Below are positions 18,148 through 28,194 of a stretch of 51,324 nucleotides of DNA, piece by piece. Positions within the stretch are counted from its first letter, which is position 1. Each line of letters starts with the position of its first letter. Made by a program: the position numbers and the translations under genes. The DNA is from a virus. Its lineage: Duplodnaviria > Caudoviricetes. The DNA lies in IMG/VR virus record IMGVR_UViG_3300033076_000403, positions 1 through 51,324 of that record. The stretch is one strand, 5' to 3'. The notes under the pieces are model-generated. The model saw nothing but the letters and a program-made list of their open reading frames with translations, did not search any database and was not told the origin of the DNA.

Positions 18148-20196
18148 TTATGCGGGGAGGTGTTTGTCGGCACGGCTGTTGACAGCCACTTTGCCTTTAC
18201 CTACAGATTTCTTACGATCCGCTTGGATGCGGTCCATCATTGCGTAGAGCTTGCGGGCACCAGCTTCTGTGGAGCCATTACCCAACTCAGACACGATACG
18301 TGCGGGCACTACGAACTCGCCATCAGCAAGTCGCGCAGGTTGTTTGTTGTGGCCAATCGTTGCGGGGATGGAATCAGACACGCCATCACCGGGGCCGCGA
18401 AGAAGTCGGCCACCATCGGAGTAGCCGCCAAGGTTGAAGTTTTGGACTTCGGGTAAGCCGCCCATAGCGAACTGTTGCTGGTAGCCCTTCATGCGCTTGC
18501 GGTAATCGGCCTCAGCTTTGTACGCTTTGGCTGCCTTTGTGTCGCCGGTTTTGTCAGCGTGCTCATAGCGACTTGCAATGACAGAGTCCAGCAGCTGGCC
18601 AAACTTATTTGTCGGCTCGATTTGCGGCTTGACCATGCTGGTTTCGCCGTCGTCTTCGGTCTCACCGCCTTCATTGAAGTTCTTGGAGATGTTCTTGGGG
18701 ATGCCTTTTGCTGGGCCCATCGACAACTCTTTTTCGCTCAAGCCAGAAGCCTTTTTCGCAAAGCCGATGAGCTTTGTGTACTCTTGGTGAGCGTGCTCCA
18801 TGTCGCCAGACTTGATGGCTTTGTACGTCGGGATGATGTAATGGTTGTACATCTCACGATAGATGGCGTTCTCTTTGGGGTTCTTGTTGATGGCTTCAAC
18901 AATCTTGGGCGCTTTACGGTAGTACCATTCAACCTCACGGCGGCGCTCGGGGGTCTCCATCATGTAGGTGTCGCGGAATTCACGGAAGGCCATCAGCACG
19001 CGGCCATCATCGGGCTGCCCCATGTGCTCAACAGCGGCGGTCGTCAAGAAACAGCCACCTGTCACAAAGTCCACAGCGCCACTTACAAGGTCGCCCGCAC
19101 CACTTGCAACGCTGCCAATAGCATCGCCAATACCAGAAGCAACGTTACCAACGGCGTTTGTAACAGTGCCCAACCCACTACCAATAAGATCGCCAACACC
19201 ACCCAACACACCACCAATCGTGCCGGTAATCTTGTTCATGATGTTCTGACCGCCGGGGGTCAGGGCCAACAACGCAGCCAAGCCAGCGGTGTAGGGGTCA
19301 ACGGCCAGCATCCCAGCGCCTTCAGCGCCAGCGGCTGCATCAGCAGCAAGCCCAAGTTCATTTGCAGCCTGAGCTGCATTGGCCGCATCAATAGCCGCTA
19401 CGCCAGTAGAACCAGCTGCCGAAGGAAGAGATGCGGCGGCAATTTGTGATTCGGTTGCACCAGTCAAACCACCGGTGATGGGGTCATACACGTATCCAAT
19501 CTCGCCTGCTACCGGATTCAGTGCAGGTGCAGCGGGGGCCGCATTAGGCAAGAAAGTGCTTGTACTGGTACCACTCAAGCCAGAGTAGTCTGGGACTGCG
19601 GCTGGTTCTGGGGGTTGGAGGAAAGACTGAGTGGAGGTCGCGCCATATCCCGCACCTTGGGTACCGGCTTTTGCAGCAGCTTCTTTCGCTGCCGAAGGGC
19701 CAAGAAAGTCGAGGCCGGTTGCATCAGCGGCGGCTTGTTTCCAAGCATCCGGGGCAAGGTATTTATACGCCAACGCAGCGGGCAGCGCCATACCAACCAT
19801 CGAGCTGGCAGTGGAAGGTTTGGTGTTTACGGTCGATTGGGGGCTACCAGATGTACCACGCCACGGAGCGTCTTTGGCTTGTTGCGCCAGCGATGCTTGA
19901 GATGTGGGGCCAGAAATACCGTGGGCCTGCTCATACGAGATGGTTGTCGGCCCTTGATTGGACTGGGCGTAGGGGTAGTCGCCCTGACCGTGCAGGTATT
20001 GATAAGCCGCAGCAGAAGTGCCGGAAACCGGATACGAGCTTGCAGGGTTCAACCCGAGCGCAGCACGCTGGCGTTGAGCTTGGTCCAAGCTATCTTCGAT
20101 GCTGGTGGCCAGCGGGGAGTTGTAGGCTGATTGACCGGCTTGCAGCCCACGCAGAAGGGGGTTCTGGGTCAATAAAGCAGCTTGTTGCAGACTCAT
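18148..20196 (-). CDS. internal virion protein with CFI-box-like domain
   Basis: 682 aa; Ala/Gly-rich glycine-zipper region; GGCFLTTAA..FREFRD..WYY..APKI domain; C-terminal GPGDGVSDSIPA..LADGEFVVPA motif. Confidence 0.72.
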   Translation of the reverse strand: MSLQQAALLTQNPLLRGLQAGQSAYNSPLATSIEDSLDQAQRQRAALGLNPASSYPVSGTSAAAYQYLHGQGDYPYAQSNQGPTTISYEQAHGISGPTSQASLAQQAKDAPWRGTSGSPQSTVNTKPSTASSMVGMALPAALAYKYLAPDAWKQAAADATGLDFLGPSAAKEAAAKAGTQGAGYGATSTQSFLQPPEPAAVPDYSGLSGTSTSTFLPNAAPAAPALNPVAGEIGYVYDPITGGLTGATESQIAAASLPSAAGSTGVAAIDAANAAQAANELGLAADAAAGAEGAGMLAVDPYTAGLAALLALTPGGQNIMNKITGTIGGVLGGVGDLIGSGLGTVTNAVGNVASGIGDAIGSVASGAGDLVSGAVDFVTGGCFLTTAAVEHMGQPDDGRVLMAFREFRDTYMMETPERRREVEWYYRKAPKIVEAINKNPKENAIYREMYNHYIIPTYKAIKSGDMEHAHQEYTKLIGFAKKASGLSEKELSMGPAKGIPKNISKNFNEGGETEDDGETSMVKPQIEPTNKFGQLLDSVIASRYEHADKTGDTKAAKAYKAEADYRKRMKGYQQQFAMGGLPEVQNFNLGGYSDGGRLLRGPGDGVSDSIPATIGHNKQPARLADGEFVVPARIVSELGNGSTEAGARKLYAMMDRIQADRKKSVGKGKVAVNSRADKHLPA

Positions 20197-20230
20197 AACT
20201 GCCTCTCGGATTAGGGGTTTAGGAAGTCTA

Positions 20231-20869
20231 TCATGCCGTCAGCGCCGACACAAACGAAAGTGTGGCTACGATGGAAGGGATAGAAGGCATTGCAAAGGGG
20301 GAAACCTGCGCCGCAGTCGCCTCAAAAGACACCGCTGTATTGCTAGTTGCGGCATACATGGAAACATAGTCTCCGGCATTGAGTTGAACGTAAAAATTAC
20401 AGGCAGCGATCACATACCCCGGCGTGCCACCGTGCGAAGAAACGACGTCAAACTTACTGGCAGTACCGGCCAAATCAACACCGTTTTTGCGCAGCCAAAT
20501 CCATGCGGAGTGAATTTGTGTGTCCGTGTTTTTTAGCTGCACGCTGAATTGGTAGTTGTAGATACCAGACTCATCCACGATGATGCCGTCATTGCCGGGG
20601 TTTGAACAGCCCGCTAAATAGTCATTCTGATTGAATGTGACCAGCGTGGCTGTGTTCGCAGTGAAAGTTAAATTCGTCGTGCGTTGGATGGCAGCGTAAG
20701 GATTACTGACGTACTTCCCGCCTAGAGGCGCTAGGAGCGCCCCTTCCACGTTGCTGATTTGATTGAAGTACAAGCGCAGCGCATTGTTGAGCTGTTCTTG
20801 GTAGCGAGACTCATATTGAGTCGGGGCTAAAAGCAGGTTTGGTGGTGGCGGCGCACGGAGCAGCATCAA
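20231..20869 (-). CDS. tail/needle protein with C1q/TNF-like beta domain
   Basis: N-terminal helix LRLYFNQI; C-terminal GIYNYQFSVQL..WLRKNG..VQLNAGDYVSM. Confidence 0.65.
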   Translation of the reverse strand: MMLLRAPPPPNLLLAPTQYESRYQEQLNNALRLYFNQISNVEGALLAPLGGKYVSNPYAAIQRTTNLTFTANTATLVTFNQNDYLAGCSNPGNDGIIVDESGIYNYQFSVQLKNTDTQIHSAWIWLRKNGVDLAGTASKFDVVSSHGGTPGYVIAACNFYVQLNAGDYVSMYAATSNTAVSFEATAAQVSPFAMPSIPSIVATLSFVSALTA

Positions 20870-22986
20870 CGTCTCCCGTCAGGGCGAATGTCAATACGCG
20901 GTGCACCAAGCTGCCATGTCGTGTTGATTTGGTTGGAGCCAATCTTGAAGATCATCTGGCGGCCACGGAAGCGGGTGTAAATCTGACCCGTGAACTCTTC
21001 CGTGATGTAGTACGCATTGCTCTTGCGTACCGGCTGAGATGCGTCGCTGGTGACCCCCGAACCCGAGTTGGTCATGCCGTACAGCTCCATCGTCACCGCA
21101 GGCACATCGCCCGTCGGCGAATTCTCAGAGTTGTCAAACGTCAGGTCAGGCAAGATACGCCACACAAACCCAAAGTTGTGGCCGTCACCAATGTCAAATT
21201 CAGACGAGGCGATGTAGGCGTTTATGGCTGCGGGTGTGCCAGTCTCGTTGTCGTTCAACCCAAACTCGTGGTTCACAAGGTTCATGTTGTACGTTGCGGC
21301 CTCGGGATAGGCGCGTGTGCCGGAGTCAATCCAAGCTGTGCGAGCCATCGTGCCGTAGTACCAGATTTTCTCCATGTAGTTGTACACCACATAGCGGTCA
21401 ACCGTGAAGCTGTTGCTGGAACAATAGAACCACCAGACCTCGTTGAAGCCCTCGTTGGTGCCCGCAAAAATCTGCTGGTTTTGAGACTGATTGATGTCGC
21501 TGAAGATGAAGCGGCGCAGGTCGCAGTTGAGCGTTTGCACCCGACCGTCATACATGTAGAACTTGTCCACGCCCATCCAATACACCACGCTGGAAGCCAA
21601 CGCCGCAGCGTTTTGCCCAACGATAGAGATGTTGTCTCCGAGGAGCTGAGAACCCCAGACGTACGGAGGGCCAAGATACTGCAACGAATAGACCGAGGCG
21701 TCGGTAATCACCACAATTTCCTGACGAGTCTGAATAGCCGTCACGATCTGTGAGCCGTGCGACAAGCGCACACTGCCCGCTTGGTTTGTAGCGTTTGGGG
21801 TCCAGTTGTACAGGTCTTCTTGGTTGGACCAACGAATGAGCATCGGGTCCTGCACGTTGGAGCCGTAGTCGTTACACCCAAACGCCAACACAAACCGAGA
21901 TGTGTCCGACACAAGAATGTAGTTCTGCACAGTCGGCGTATCCACAAGCAGTGACACGTACGCATTGACGGACGCACTGCCGGAAGTGTTCACAACAGCC
22001 CCAAGCGCATCGACAAGCTGGAATGACAACCCATCCACGTTAAAGACATAGTACGTTGTGTTTGCAGCCAAGCCAGTCGGCAAAGAGCCGCCTGTGGTGG
22101 TGTTGAACTGAATGGCTGCGCCTTCTGTAAAGAGCAAAGAGGTTGTGGTGCACACCGCAGGGGAGGCCGCCGTAATGGACACCGCACCCGTTGTAGAGCC
22201 GGGTTGGTTGAGCGGGATGGCGCGGTTGTACGTGGGTACGTCCTGCGTCCAGTAATAGATGTTGCCGCCGCGAGGTCCAAACAAAAGGTTCTGGCCAAAG
22301 TTGTTCTGGCTCCACAGGCGCATCGCCGATGTGCCGCTGGTATTACCCCAGCTGTTTGTGCCCCATCCACCAGCACCCCAACCCTGCAACGGGATTTGAA
22401 ACGCCGGACCGGTATTGAGCTGAAACGCTGCAACTACGGAAGAACCACCACCGGGTGAGCCAGCAATCGCTGTAGCGTTAGGCGTTACAGACAGCGTGAT
22501 CGTGAATGTGTTGGAGTCAATGACTGTGACCTGAAACTCGCGGTTCAACACCGCAGAAGTGACGTTGGTCCCCAAACCGCCAATGTCTGTCGCCCCGCTG
22601 AACGTGACAAAGTCTCCAGTCAAGCAGCCGTGGGAGGTCGCCGTCACCGTGGCCGTTGTTGTTCCGTTGATGGCAAAAGGGTTTGTGCCCAGAGTCTGGG
22701 TCTTGCGCAGCGGTGTAATGTCGTTGTAGACCCCGCCGTTTTCAATGTAAAACTTGAGGTTGGTGCCAACCCCCATGAGGTTTAAGCCGCTGAGCGTGAC
22801 CCAATTCCACAACGAGCGGCACACACCTTGAAACGTATATGCAGAGATGCGCTCCCAGCCGCCGATGACTTCAGGGTTTCCTTGACGAAAGCGAATTTTG
22901 TCGCACTCGTACCAGCCACCTTCTGTGGTGTAGCGGGTGTTTTCTTTGTTTACACCCGGCTTGAAAAGAATCTTCTGCAACGGCAT
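20866..22986 (-). CDS. tail nozzle/stabilisation protein (P22 gp10/tubular protein B-like)
   Basis: 706 aa beta-propeller-like; KPGVNKE N-terminus, IRWSNQED, VYWMG..FYMYDG, EVWWFY, RFRGRQ..DGRR C-terminus. Confidence 0.75.
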   Translation of the reverse strand: MPLQKILFKPGVNKENTRYTTEGGWYECDKIRFRQGNPEVIGGWERISAYTFQGVCRSLWNWVTLSGLNLMGVGTNLKFYIENGGVYNDITPLRKTQTLGTNPFAINGTTTATVTATSHGCLTGDFVTFSGATDIGGLGTNVTSAVLNREFQVTVIDSNTFTITLSVTPNATAIAGSPGGGSSVVAAFQLNTGPAFQIPLQGWGAGGWGTNSWGNTSGTSAMRLWSQNNFGQNLLFGPRGGNIYYWTQDVPTYNRAIPLNQPGSTTGAVSITAASPAVCTTTSLLFTEGAAIQFNTTTGGSLPTGLAANTTYYVFNVDGLSFQLVDALGAVVNTSGSASVNAYVSLLVDTPTVQNYILVSDTSRFVLAFGCNDYGSNVQDPMLIRWSNQEDLYNWTPNATNQAGSVRLSHGSQIVTAIQTRQEIVVITDASVYSLQYLGPPYVWGSQLLGDNISIVGQNAAALASSVVYWMGVDKFYMYDGRVQTLNCDLRRFIFSDINQSQNQQIFAGTNEGFNEVWWFYCSSNSFTVDRYVVYNYMEKIWYYGTMARTAWIDSGTRAYPEAATYNMNLVNHEFGLNDNETGTPAAINAYIASSEFDIGDGHNFGFVWRILPDLTFDNSENSPTGDVPAVTMELYGMTNSGSGVTSDASQPVRKSNAYYITEEFTGQIYTRFRGRQMIFKIGSNQINTTWQLGAPRIDIRPDGRR

Positions 22987-23002
22987 GGCTGGATTTTCCT
23001 AT

Positions 23003-23659
23003 TTAGGCGCGGCACTGTCCATAGCAAGCATCGTACAACGCTTGGCGGGCTTCAAGGCCGATGTAGCCACCATTGATTTTCTTGGTCATCCCTTTGATGT
23101 CGTTGTTGTCGGCGAATGTGGATAAGGAGTTGGCTTTCCAGAACCATCCGGCGCTTCTTGCGGCGTACAGTGGTTCAAGCAAAAGATCAGGATTACCGAC
23201 AAGATCAACACCCAAATCGCGTCCACATCTCGCATAGTTGTCCTTTCCGGTCAGCTGCTTGAGGCCGCGCCCGATGTATTTGAAGGCATCCCCAGACTCA
23301 GCCGGGCCGTTACCCATACGGTTGCTGTACACCAGCGGTGCGATGAGTTCGGGTTTACCCGCTATGGCCTCGGCCACCTTGGTCGGCACCAGCTTGCCGT
23401 CCTTTTTGATGGGCTTCTTGTCAGGGCCCAGCACTGCAAACCGGGTCGGCCAGCACGCCGCCAGCGTCGCGGCGCGGTAGTTGAGGTTTTCTTTGAGCAT
23501 GGTGTAACCACCAGACTCGTGGGAGGTCTGAGCCAAGAACCCAGCAATGCGCTGAGGTGTGTTGATCTCAAACTCTTGGCACGTGGCCACCACCGCATCA
23601 ATCCATTTTTCGGGGTTCTTAATCTTGGCAGCTTGGAGGTCGGCGATGGTCGGAATCAT
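23003..23659 (-). CDS. glycoside hydrolase family 19 endolysin
   Basis: FLAQTSHESGG, ENLNY, YIGRGLKQLTGKDNY, SAGWFW, TKKINGG. Confidence 0.93.
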   Translation of the reverse strand: MIPTIADLQAAKIKNPEKWIDAVVATCQEFEINTPQRIAGFLAQTSHESGGYTMLKENLNYRAATLAACWPTRFAVLGPDKKPIKKDGKLVPTKVAEAIAGKPELIAPLVYSNRMGNGPAESGDAFKYIGRGLKQLTGKDNYARCGRDLGVDLVGNPDLLLEPLYAARSAGWFWKANSLSTFADNNDIKGMTKKINGGYIGLEARQALYDACYGQCRA

Positions 23660-24162
23660 TTGTCCCCCTTGACCATGTCTTTCATTTGCTTCATGGTGTC
23701 CTCACGGCTCTTGTTGGTCTGGCCAAAGAAGAACGCAATGATCGCTGGAACCGCAGTACCGATCAGGAAGCCCAAGATGATATTAATGAAGTCACGGTTG
23801 CGGTTCTCAACCGGCAAGAACGAAACGGCGAAGAAATACAAGCCAGCGAAGATGCCCCAGTACCAAGCGTAGTAGTACAGAAAGCGGCGGATCATCACGT
23901 CGGTGGACTGCATCGCCATCATTTGCATATCAGTGGCACGCTGGGCAGACTTCTCATCCAGCTCCATCATGAACTCGTCGTGCTTCATTGCCTCGGCGGA
24001 CAACTTGGCGTTGTACTCAGGGGTAGCTTCGCCTTCGGGCTTCAACTCAATGCCGAGCTTCTCCTGCACGGCGTCCACGCCCTTTTCGATGACTTGGTCG
24101 GCGACCTTGTGCATCCCGTTGTTGATAAGGTTGGCAACGATGCCAGCAACGATTGGTAACAT
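23656..24162 (-). CDS. putative holin
   Basis: Two C-terminal transmembrane segments ending IIAFFFG; immediately upstream of the endolysin (ATGA overlap). Confidence 0.6.
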   Translation of the reverse strand: MLPIVAGIVANLINNGMHKVADQVIEKGVDAVQEKLGIELKPEGEATPEYNAKLSAEAMKHDEFMMELDEKSAQRATDMQMMAMQSTDVMIRRFLYYYAWYWGIFAGLYFFAVSFLPVENRNRDFINIILGFLIGTAVPAIIAFFFGQTNKSREDTMKQMKDMVKGDK

Positions 24163-24164
24163 GT

Positions 24165-24347
24165 TTATTCCTCGTCCGGTTTAGGTTCAAGTTTCTGTTT
24201 GGACTTTTTGTCCAGTTGCTCTGCACGTTGCAGGATAACTTCGGTCTTTTTGATCTGCTTGTGGTTGTAGGCCAAACCCAGCACCGTCACGAACAACAGT
24301 GCAATGATCAACGACACAATGATGACCCACAGCCAGAACTCCTTCAT
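24165..24347 (-). CDS. small single-TM membrane protein (lysis-associated?)
   Basis: MKEFWLWVIIVSLIIALLFVTVLGLAY transmembrane segment plus charged tail; ATGA overlap with the upstream gene. Confidence 0.6.
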   Translation of the reverse strand: MKEFWLWVIIVSLIIALLFVTVLGLAYNHKQIKKTEVILQRAEQLDKKSKQKLEPKPDEE

Positions 24348-25090
24348 AGAACGGAAAACAGTCCCGTCATCCACAGGGCGGCCATCGCCACCACGATTGC
24401 GTATCCCAGTTTGGCCTTGAGCAAGTCGCTGCGGTATTCGCGTTGCCATTTTTCGTCCCTTGCCTGCTTCGCTTTCAACTCACGGTCAAACGCCCGCTCT
24501 TCCAAAATCTGGTCGTACATCTTGAGGAACCGGGTGTAGATGCTTTGGAGCCCAATGTCTTTGGGGGTGTAGATCATGGCTTCACGAATCTGCACCGTCA
24601 TCTGCTCCATTTGCATCTCGATCTGAATCCTGTCGAGTGCCGCGCCTTCAATGTCTGTGGTGGTCTTGGACTCCTCCTCTAACCGTTGGCAGTGCTCATG
24701 CAACTGTCGCTTGATTTCAAAGAATTGCTTGAGTTGTTCACAAATCTGATGAATCGCTTGAGCTTGATATTCTTCATAGCTCAGTTCCCGCTGTGGTTCA
24801 TGTCGTTGTTTTTCAATTTTGGCGACAGGCTTTGGTGATGTGTCGCTAACGGCGACAGATTTTTGTCGAGCTTGAGGTTCAGCCTTAACGCCAAATAAAC
24901 CTGCCACCAGCGCCCAGAGGCTTTGAAGCTCGGCCCAGACGCCTTTCGCCTCGCCAACAAAAGCCTTAACTTCACCGATAGCTTTCTTGACTTCGCCGAT
25001 CTGCGCTTTCCCCTCACGGAGAAATTCACACCCCTGCCGGATTCCGGCGACAAGCCCTTGGGCTGCCATGAGGAGTGTGAACGGGTCCAC
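24344..25090 (-). CDS. coiled-coil protein with C-terminal TM
   Basis: 248 aa, long heptad-rich helices, C-terminal hydrophobic segment, in the lysis cassette. Confidence 0.65.
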   Translation of the reverse strand: MDPFTLLMAAQGLVAGIRQGCEFLREGKAQIGEVKKAIGEVKAFVGEAKGVWAELQSLWALVAGLFGVKAEPQARQKSVAVSDTSPKPVAKIEKQRHEPQRELSYEEYQAQAIHQICEQLKQFFEIKRQLHEHCQRLEEESKTTTDIEGAALDRIQIEMQMEQMTVQIREAMIYTPKDIGLQSIYTRFLKMYDQILEERAFDRELKAKQARDEKWQREYRSDLLKAKLGYAIVVAMAALWMTGLFSVL

Positions 25091-25096
25091 ATCACA

Positions 25097-25627
25097 TTAA
25101 GCGGTTACCGGCCAGTTGGCAGTAGCGAGGGCGGCGATCAAACCATCCACATCCGCAGCGGCTTCGATAGCAGCCACAAGACGGGCGCACTCGGCAACCA
25201 CAGCGGCGCGGTAGGTTGTAACCTCAGCAGGCACTGCCACATCACGCTCAACTTTGCGAATAATCATCCAGTCGGTCGGCTGCATCATGCTGTTGGCTTG
25301 CGCTTTGATCTGAGCTACGTTAGTAGACTTCAAACCTTTGGTGGTCACGCCATCAACTGTCTCATCATCCAACTGCTTCGGCGTACCAGAGTAGCTGGCT
25401 TCCACGGTGTTGCTTACTTCGACAACACGGTAGGCGGGGCCGCTGACCCAGTAGAAGCGGTCATCAGGACGTTCGCCCTGAACGATCTCCCACACTCCGG
25501 CTTCGATCTTCTCTTGCGCCGAGGAAGTGCGCAGGAAGTTGCTGGAGTAGTGCTTGTCGCCCACGCTGAAGGGGACATCCATCTGGAGGATTTGGCGAAC
25601 TTCGCCATTTTGTACAACTGCGAACAT
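25097..25627 (-). CDS. tail fibre assembly/chaperone-like protein
   Basis: Directly downstream of the tail proteins; TDWMIIRKVE..YRAAV..WP C-terminal pattern. Confidence 0.6.
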   Translation of the reverse strand: MFAVVQNGEVRQILQMDVPFSVGDKHYSSNFLRTSSAQEKIEAGVWEIVQGERPDDRFYWVSGPAYRVVEVSNTVEASYSGTPKQLDDETVDGVTTKGLKSTNVAQIKAQANSMMQPTDWMIIRKVERDVAVPAEVTTYRAAVVAECARLVAAIEAAADVDGLIAALATANWPVTA

Positions 25628-25638
25628 GGGTTTCTCCT

Positions 25639-28185
25639 TTATCGTGCGTTGCTGAATTTGAAGGGATTTTCGGCGAAAGCGGCGTAGATGTATGTGCCGC
25701 CAGAAGCATTGACGTTGGCGTAGTTGGCTCTGAACTTGACCCCGTTGGACAGCATATCAAACGGATATGTTGTTGTGTAATCATCTTCAGCCGCAGACAA
25801 GTTCGGATACAAGTTCAAATCTTGTGGGTTGTAGACATTTCGGGATGAATCAACGATGACCCAGTTGCTTGTCGTGTCGGTGCGCTTCACCATCAAAAAG
25901 CGCGGGCGGAAGCCCAAATACACAAACGTGCCGTCAGTGCTTCCATTACCTGTGTACGAACCAAAAGCAGAGTACCCAGCAACAGAGGCCCAGCAGTAGG
26001 CGACGTAGGTGGATGCGCTTGCATTAACACCTGTTGATGTTCCAACAGTGAAAACAGAACTCGTTGGTGATGTGTTGTTCCAAGAACCAGAACCCGCAGT
26101 AGAACCGTTGGTTAAGTTTAAAAACAGCGTATTGGAATTGCCCGTCATTGATGTGTAGGTAAACCAATCGCCGTTAACGCTGGAGTCTCTGCGTTTAACA
26201 ATCACCATGTTTGGTGCAACCCCCAACCCATGACCAACGGTTGCTACTACACCCGTACCCGTGTAGGTCACCACACTGAACCCAGCAGTCTGATTGACGC
26301 TCACAGTAGATGTGATGGAGCCAGAGGTGTTGGAGGACGATGAACCTGCACCAGCTTGCCATTGCCAGCCGACAAATGCAGAACCTGATTCGTTCACGCC
26401 AATATATGTACCAAGACCAAATCCATCAGAATTGAAAGAATTGACTTGTACAGTAGTTGTGCCACCTTCAGCGTTCGTAAGGTTGGTAATCAGGCGAGAA
26501 CCTTGTGGGCGCAATGAATCGTATGTGTCATGGTCATAGGCGTTAGTTCTGTTTTTCACCCAGACAAAATCAGGTTGGAATGAAACACCGTTGACAGCAT
26601 TACTGATTGAACGGTTTGCGCCATTACCCGTGTATGTCGTAGCCGCCATGTAGTTCGCACCATTGGTAATGGTAGGCGTTGGCAGGTTGGTGGTGACGAG
26701 GGTTTTGAATCCTGTGGGCGGGGTGTACGACAGTGGGCGCTGGCCAAAGTTGTATCGAACGGTGTCTTGGTATGTAGCCGTGAATGGAAACATTCCAGCA
26801 GGACTGGTTGCAAATGTCTCGTTGGAATTTCCAGATGGGTTTCCAGTAGTGCCGCCAGTAGAGTTCCAAAAGACGTTGTTTTTGCCGATCCAAATTTTCC
26901 CGTTGTCGCAGTCAGCGGCCACTTGAATAATGTCACCCGCAGTAAACACACCAAGCGTTGATGCAGTTTGTGTTCCGTTGGAATATAAGTTACCCGTTGC
27001 GGCGGCTTGCGCTTGGTATTGACCTGTTGTGTTGAAGTTGTTCAGAACAGCAGATGCTGTACACACACCAATAGATGCACCAACCGTGCTACTTGTAGTC
27101 GTTCCAATGGTTGCTTCCCAATACCATTTCCCACTTGAAGGAAGCTGGAAACTCCCACGAGAACATAACCAACTTGCGCCTGTAGTGTGCGCCAGATTGC
27201 CTTCTGAAACAGTAACGCTTGGGTCTTTGTCCAGAGGATTCACAACCGCATAGTTCCCACGAGTCACTGCACTCGTGTCAGTCGTCGTGCTGTATCCCAC
27301 CCACGGTGTCGGCACATCCAGCATCGAGTCATAGGTCGCGCCAGCAGTCAACGAGATGTTGTTGGCAGTCCAGTTGTTGGAGTTGCCGCTGTAGTCGTAA
27401 CCAATCGTCGTGGTGCTTGTTGGGTCTTTGAAGTTTAGATAAAACCCGTTTGTGCCATACGTCCCGGTGTAGGGCATGGGAATCCAAGCACCTGTTCTGG
27501 TGTCTGTGGTTCCGAAAGATGATGGTGTCAGAGCTTGACCGTCAATGAAGTTGACTTCGGTGAGGTAACCGTCAAGATAGCCCGTGGCGTAGTCTCTGAA
27601 AATCCGATTGCCGTAGCTTGTGCTGTTGACGTATGTCGTGCCGTTTTGCGAAATATTTGTGTTGGTTGAGAACGAAGTAACACGCACACCGTTTACATAA
27701 AGACGAACACGGTCTTCAGCGGTCGCGTTTGTGGTGTCGAACGTACAGACAATGTGATACCAAGCCGATGGGTCACGATAAACCGCAGATGTGATTTTGC
27801 TCAGAACATTGGTTGCGCCGTTGTTCTGAAATATCTGAATGGTGTCATCGCCACGAAATTGAAGCCCTGTTTCATCACTGGATGTTGAAAACGCACCAGC
27901 GTAGAAGATGCCAGCGCCAGCACCCCCGAGAGCGCCGCGCTTAACCCATCCACTCCAAGTCCATGTTGTCGAACTCCCCGCAACAGAAGGTGTGCGGTTC
28001 AGGTAAGCACTTGCGCTCGAGCGGAAACGAAGACTGCGGCTGATGGGGTCAGGCACACCGGGCACAGGCCAAGAGTTGTTTCTGATCGCCGCCGCTTGTT
28101 CGTTCAGCTTCCACACCCCTGATGCCGATTGCTGTGTCGGCGTGACAGGGGTTTTGCGGATTACTTTTCCAGAATATTGGGTCAT
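25639..28185 (-). CDS. tail fibre/receptor-binding protein (LamG/ConA + SPRY-like)
   Basis: SLRF..WTWSGWVKR..WYHIV..LYVNG LamG; SGKWYWE..NFGQRP SPRY; repeated YTGNG/GFSVVTYTG modules. Confidence 0.8.
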   Translation of the reverse strand: MTQYSGKVIRKTPVTPTQQSASGVWKLNEQAAAIRNNSWPVPGVPDPISRSLRFRSSASAYLNRTPSVAGSSTTWTWSGWVKRGALGGAGAGIFYAGAFSTSSDETGLQFRGDDTIQIFQNNGATNVLSKITSAVYRDPSAWYHIVCTFDTTNATAEDRVRLYVNGVRVTSFSTNTNISQNGTTYVNSTSYGNRIFRDYATGYLDGYLTEVNFIDGQALTPSSFGTTDTRTGAWIPMPYTGTYGTNGFYLNFKDPTSTTTIGYDYSGNSNNWTANNISLTAGATYDSMLDVPTPWVGYSTTTDTSAVTRGNYAVVNPLDKDPSVTVSEGNLAHTTGASWLCSRGSFQLPSSGKWYWEATIGTTTSSTVGASIGVCTASAVLNNFNTTGQYQAQAAATGNLYSNGTQTASTLGVFTAGDIIQVAADCDNGKIWIGKNNVFWNSTGGTTGNPSGNSNETFATSPAGMFPFTATYQDTVRYNFGQRPLSYTPPTGFKTLVTTNLPTPTITNGANYMAATTYTGNGANRSISNAVNGVSFQPDFVWVKNRTNAYDHDTYDSLRPQGSRLITNLTNAEGGTTTVQVNSFNSDGFGLGTYIGVNESGSAFVGWQWQAGAGSSSSNTSGSITSTVSVNQTAGFSVVTYTGTGVVATVGHGLGVAPNMVIVKRRDSSVNGDWFTYTSMTGNSNTLFLNLTNGSTAGSGSWNNTSPTSSVFTVGTSTGVNASASTYVAYCWASVAGYSAFGSYTGNGSTDGTFVYLGFRPRFLMVKRTDTTSNWVIVDSSRNVYNPQDLNLYPNLSAAEDDYTTTYPFDMLSNGVKFRANYANVNASGGTYIYAAFAENPFKFSNAR

Positions 28186-28194
28186 CTCTTGTCC

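Noticed and set aside
18148-18430. Tape measure protein, from the GPGDGVSDSIPA..GEFVV motif
   Set aside because: The motif also occurs outside tape measures; there are no tail tube, terminator or chaperone genes and the architecture is podovirus-like
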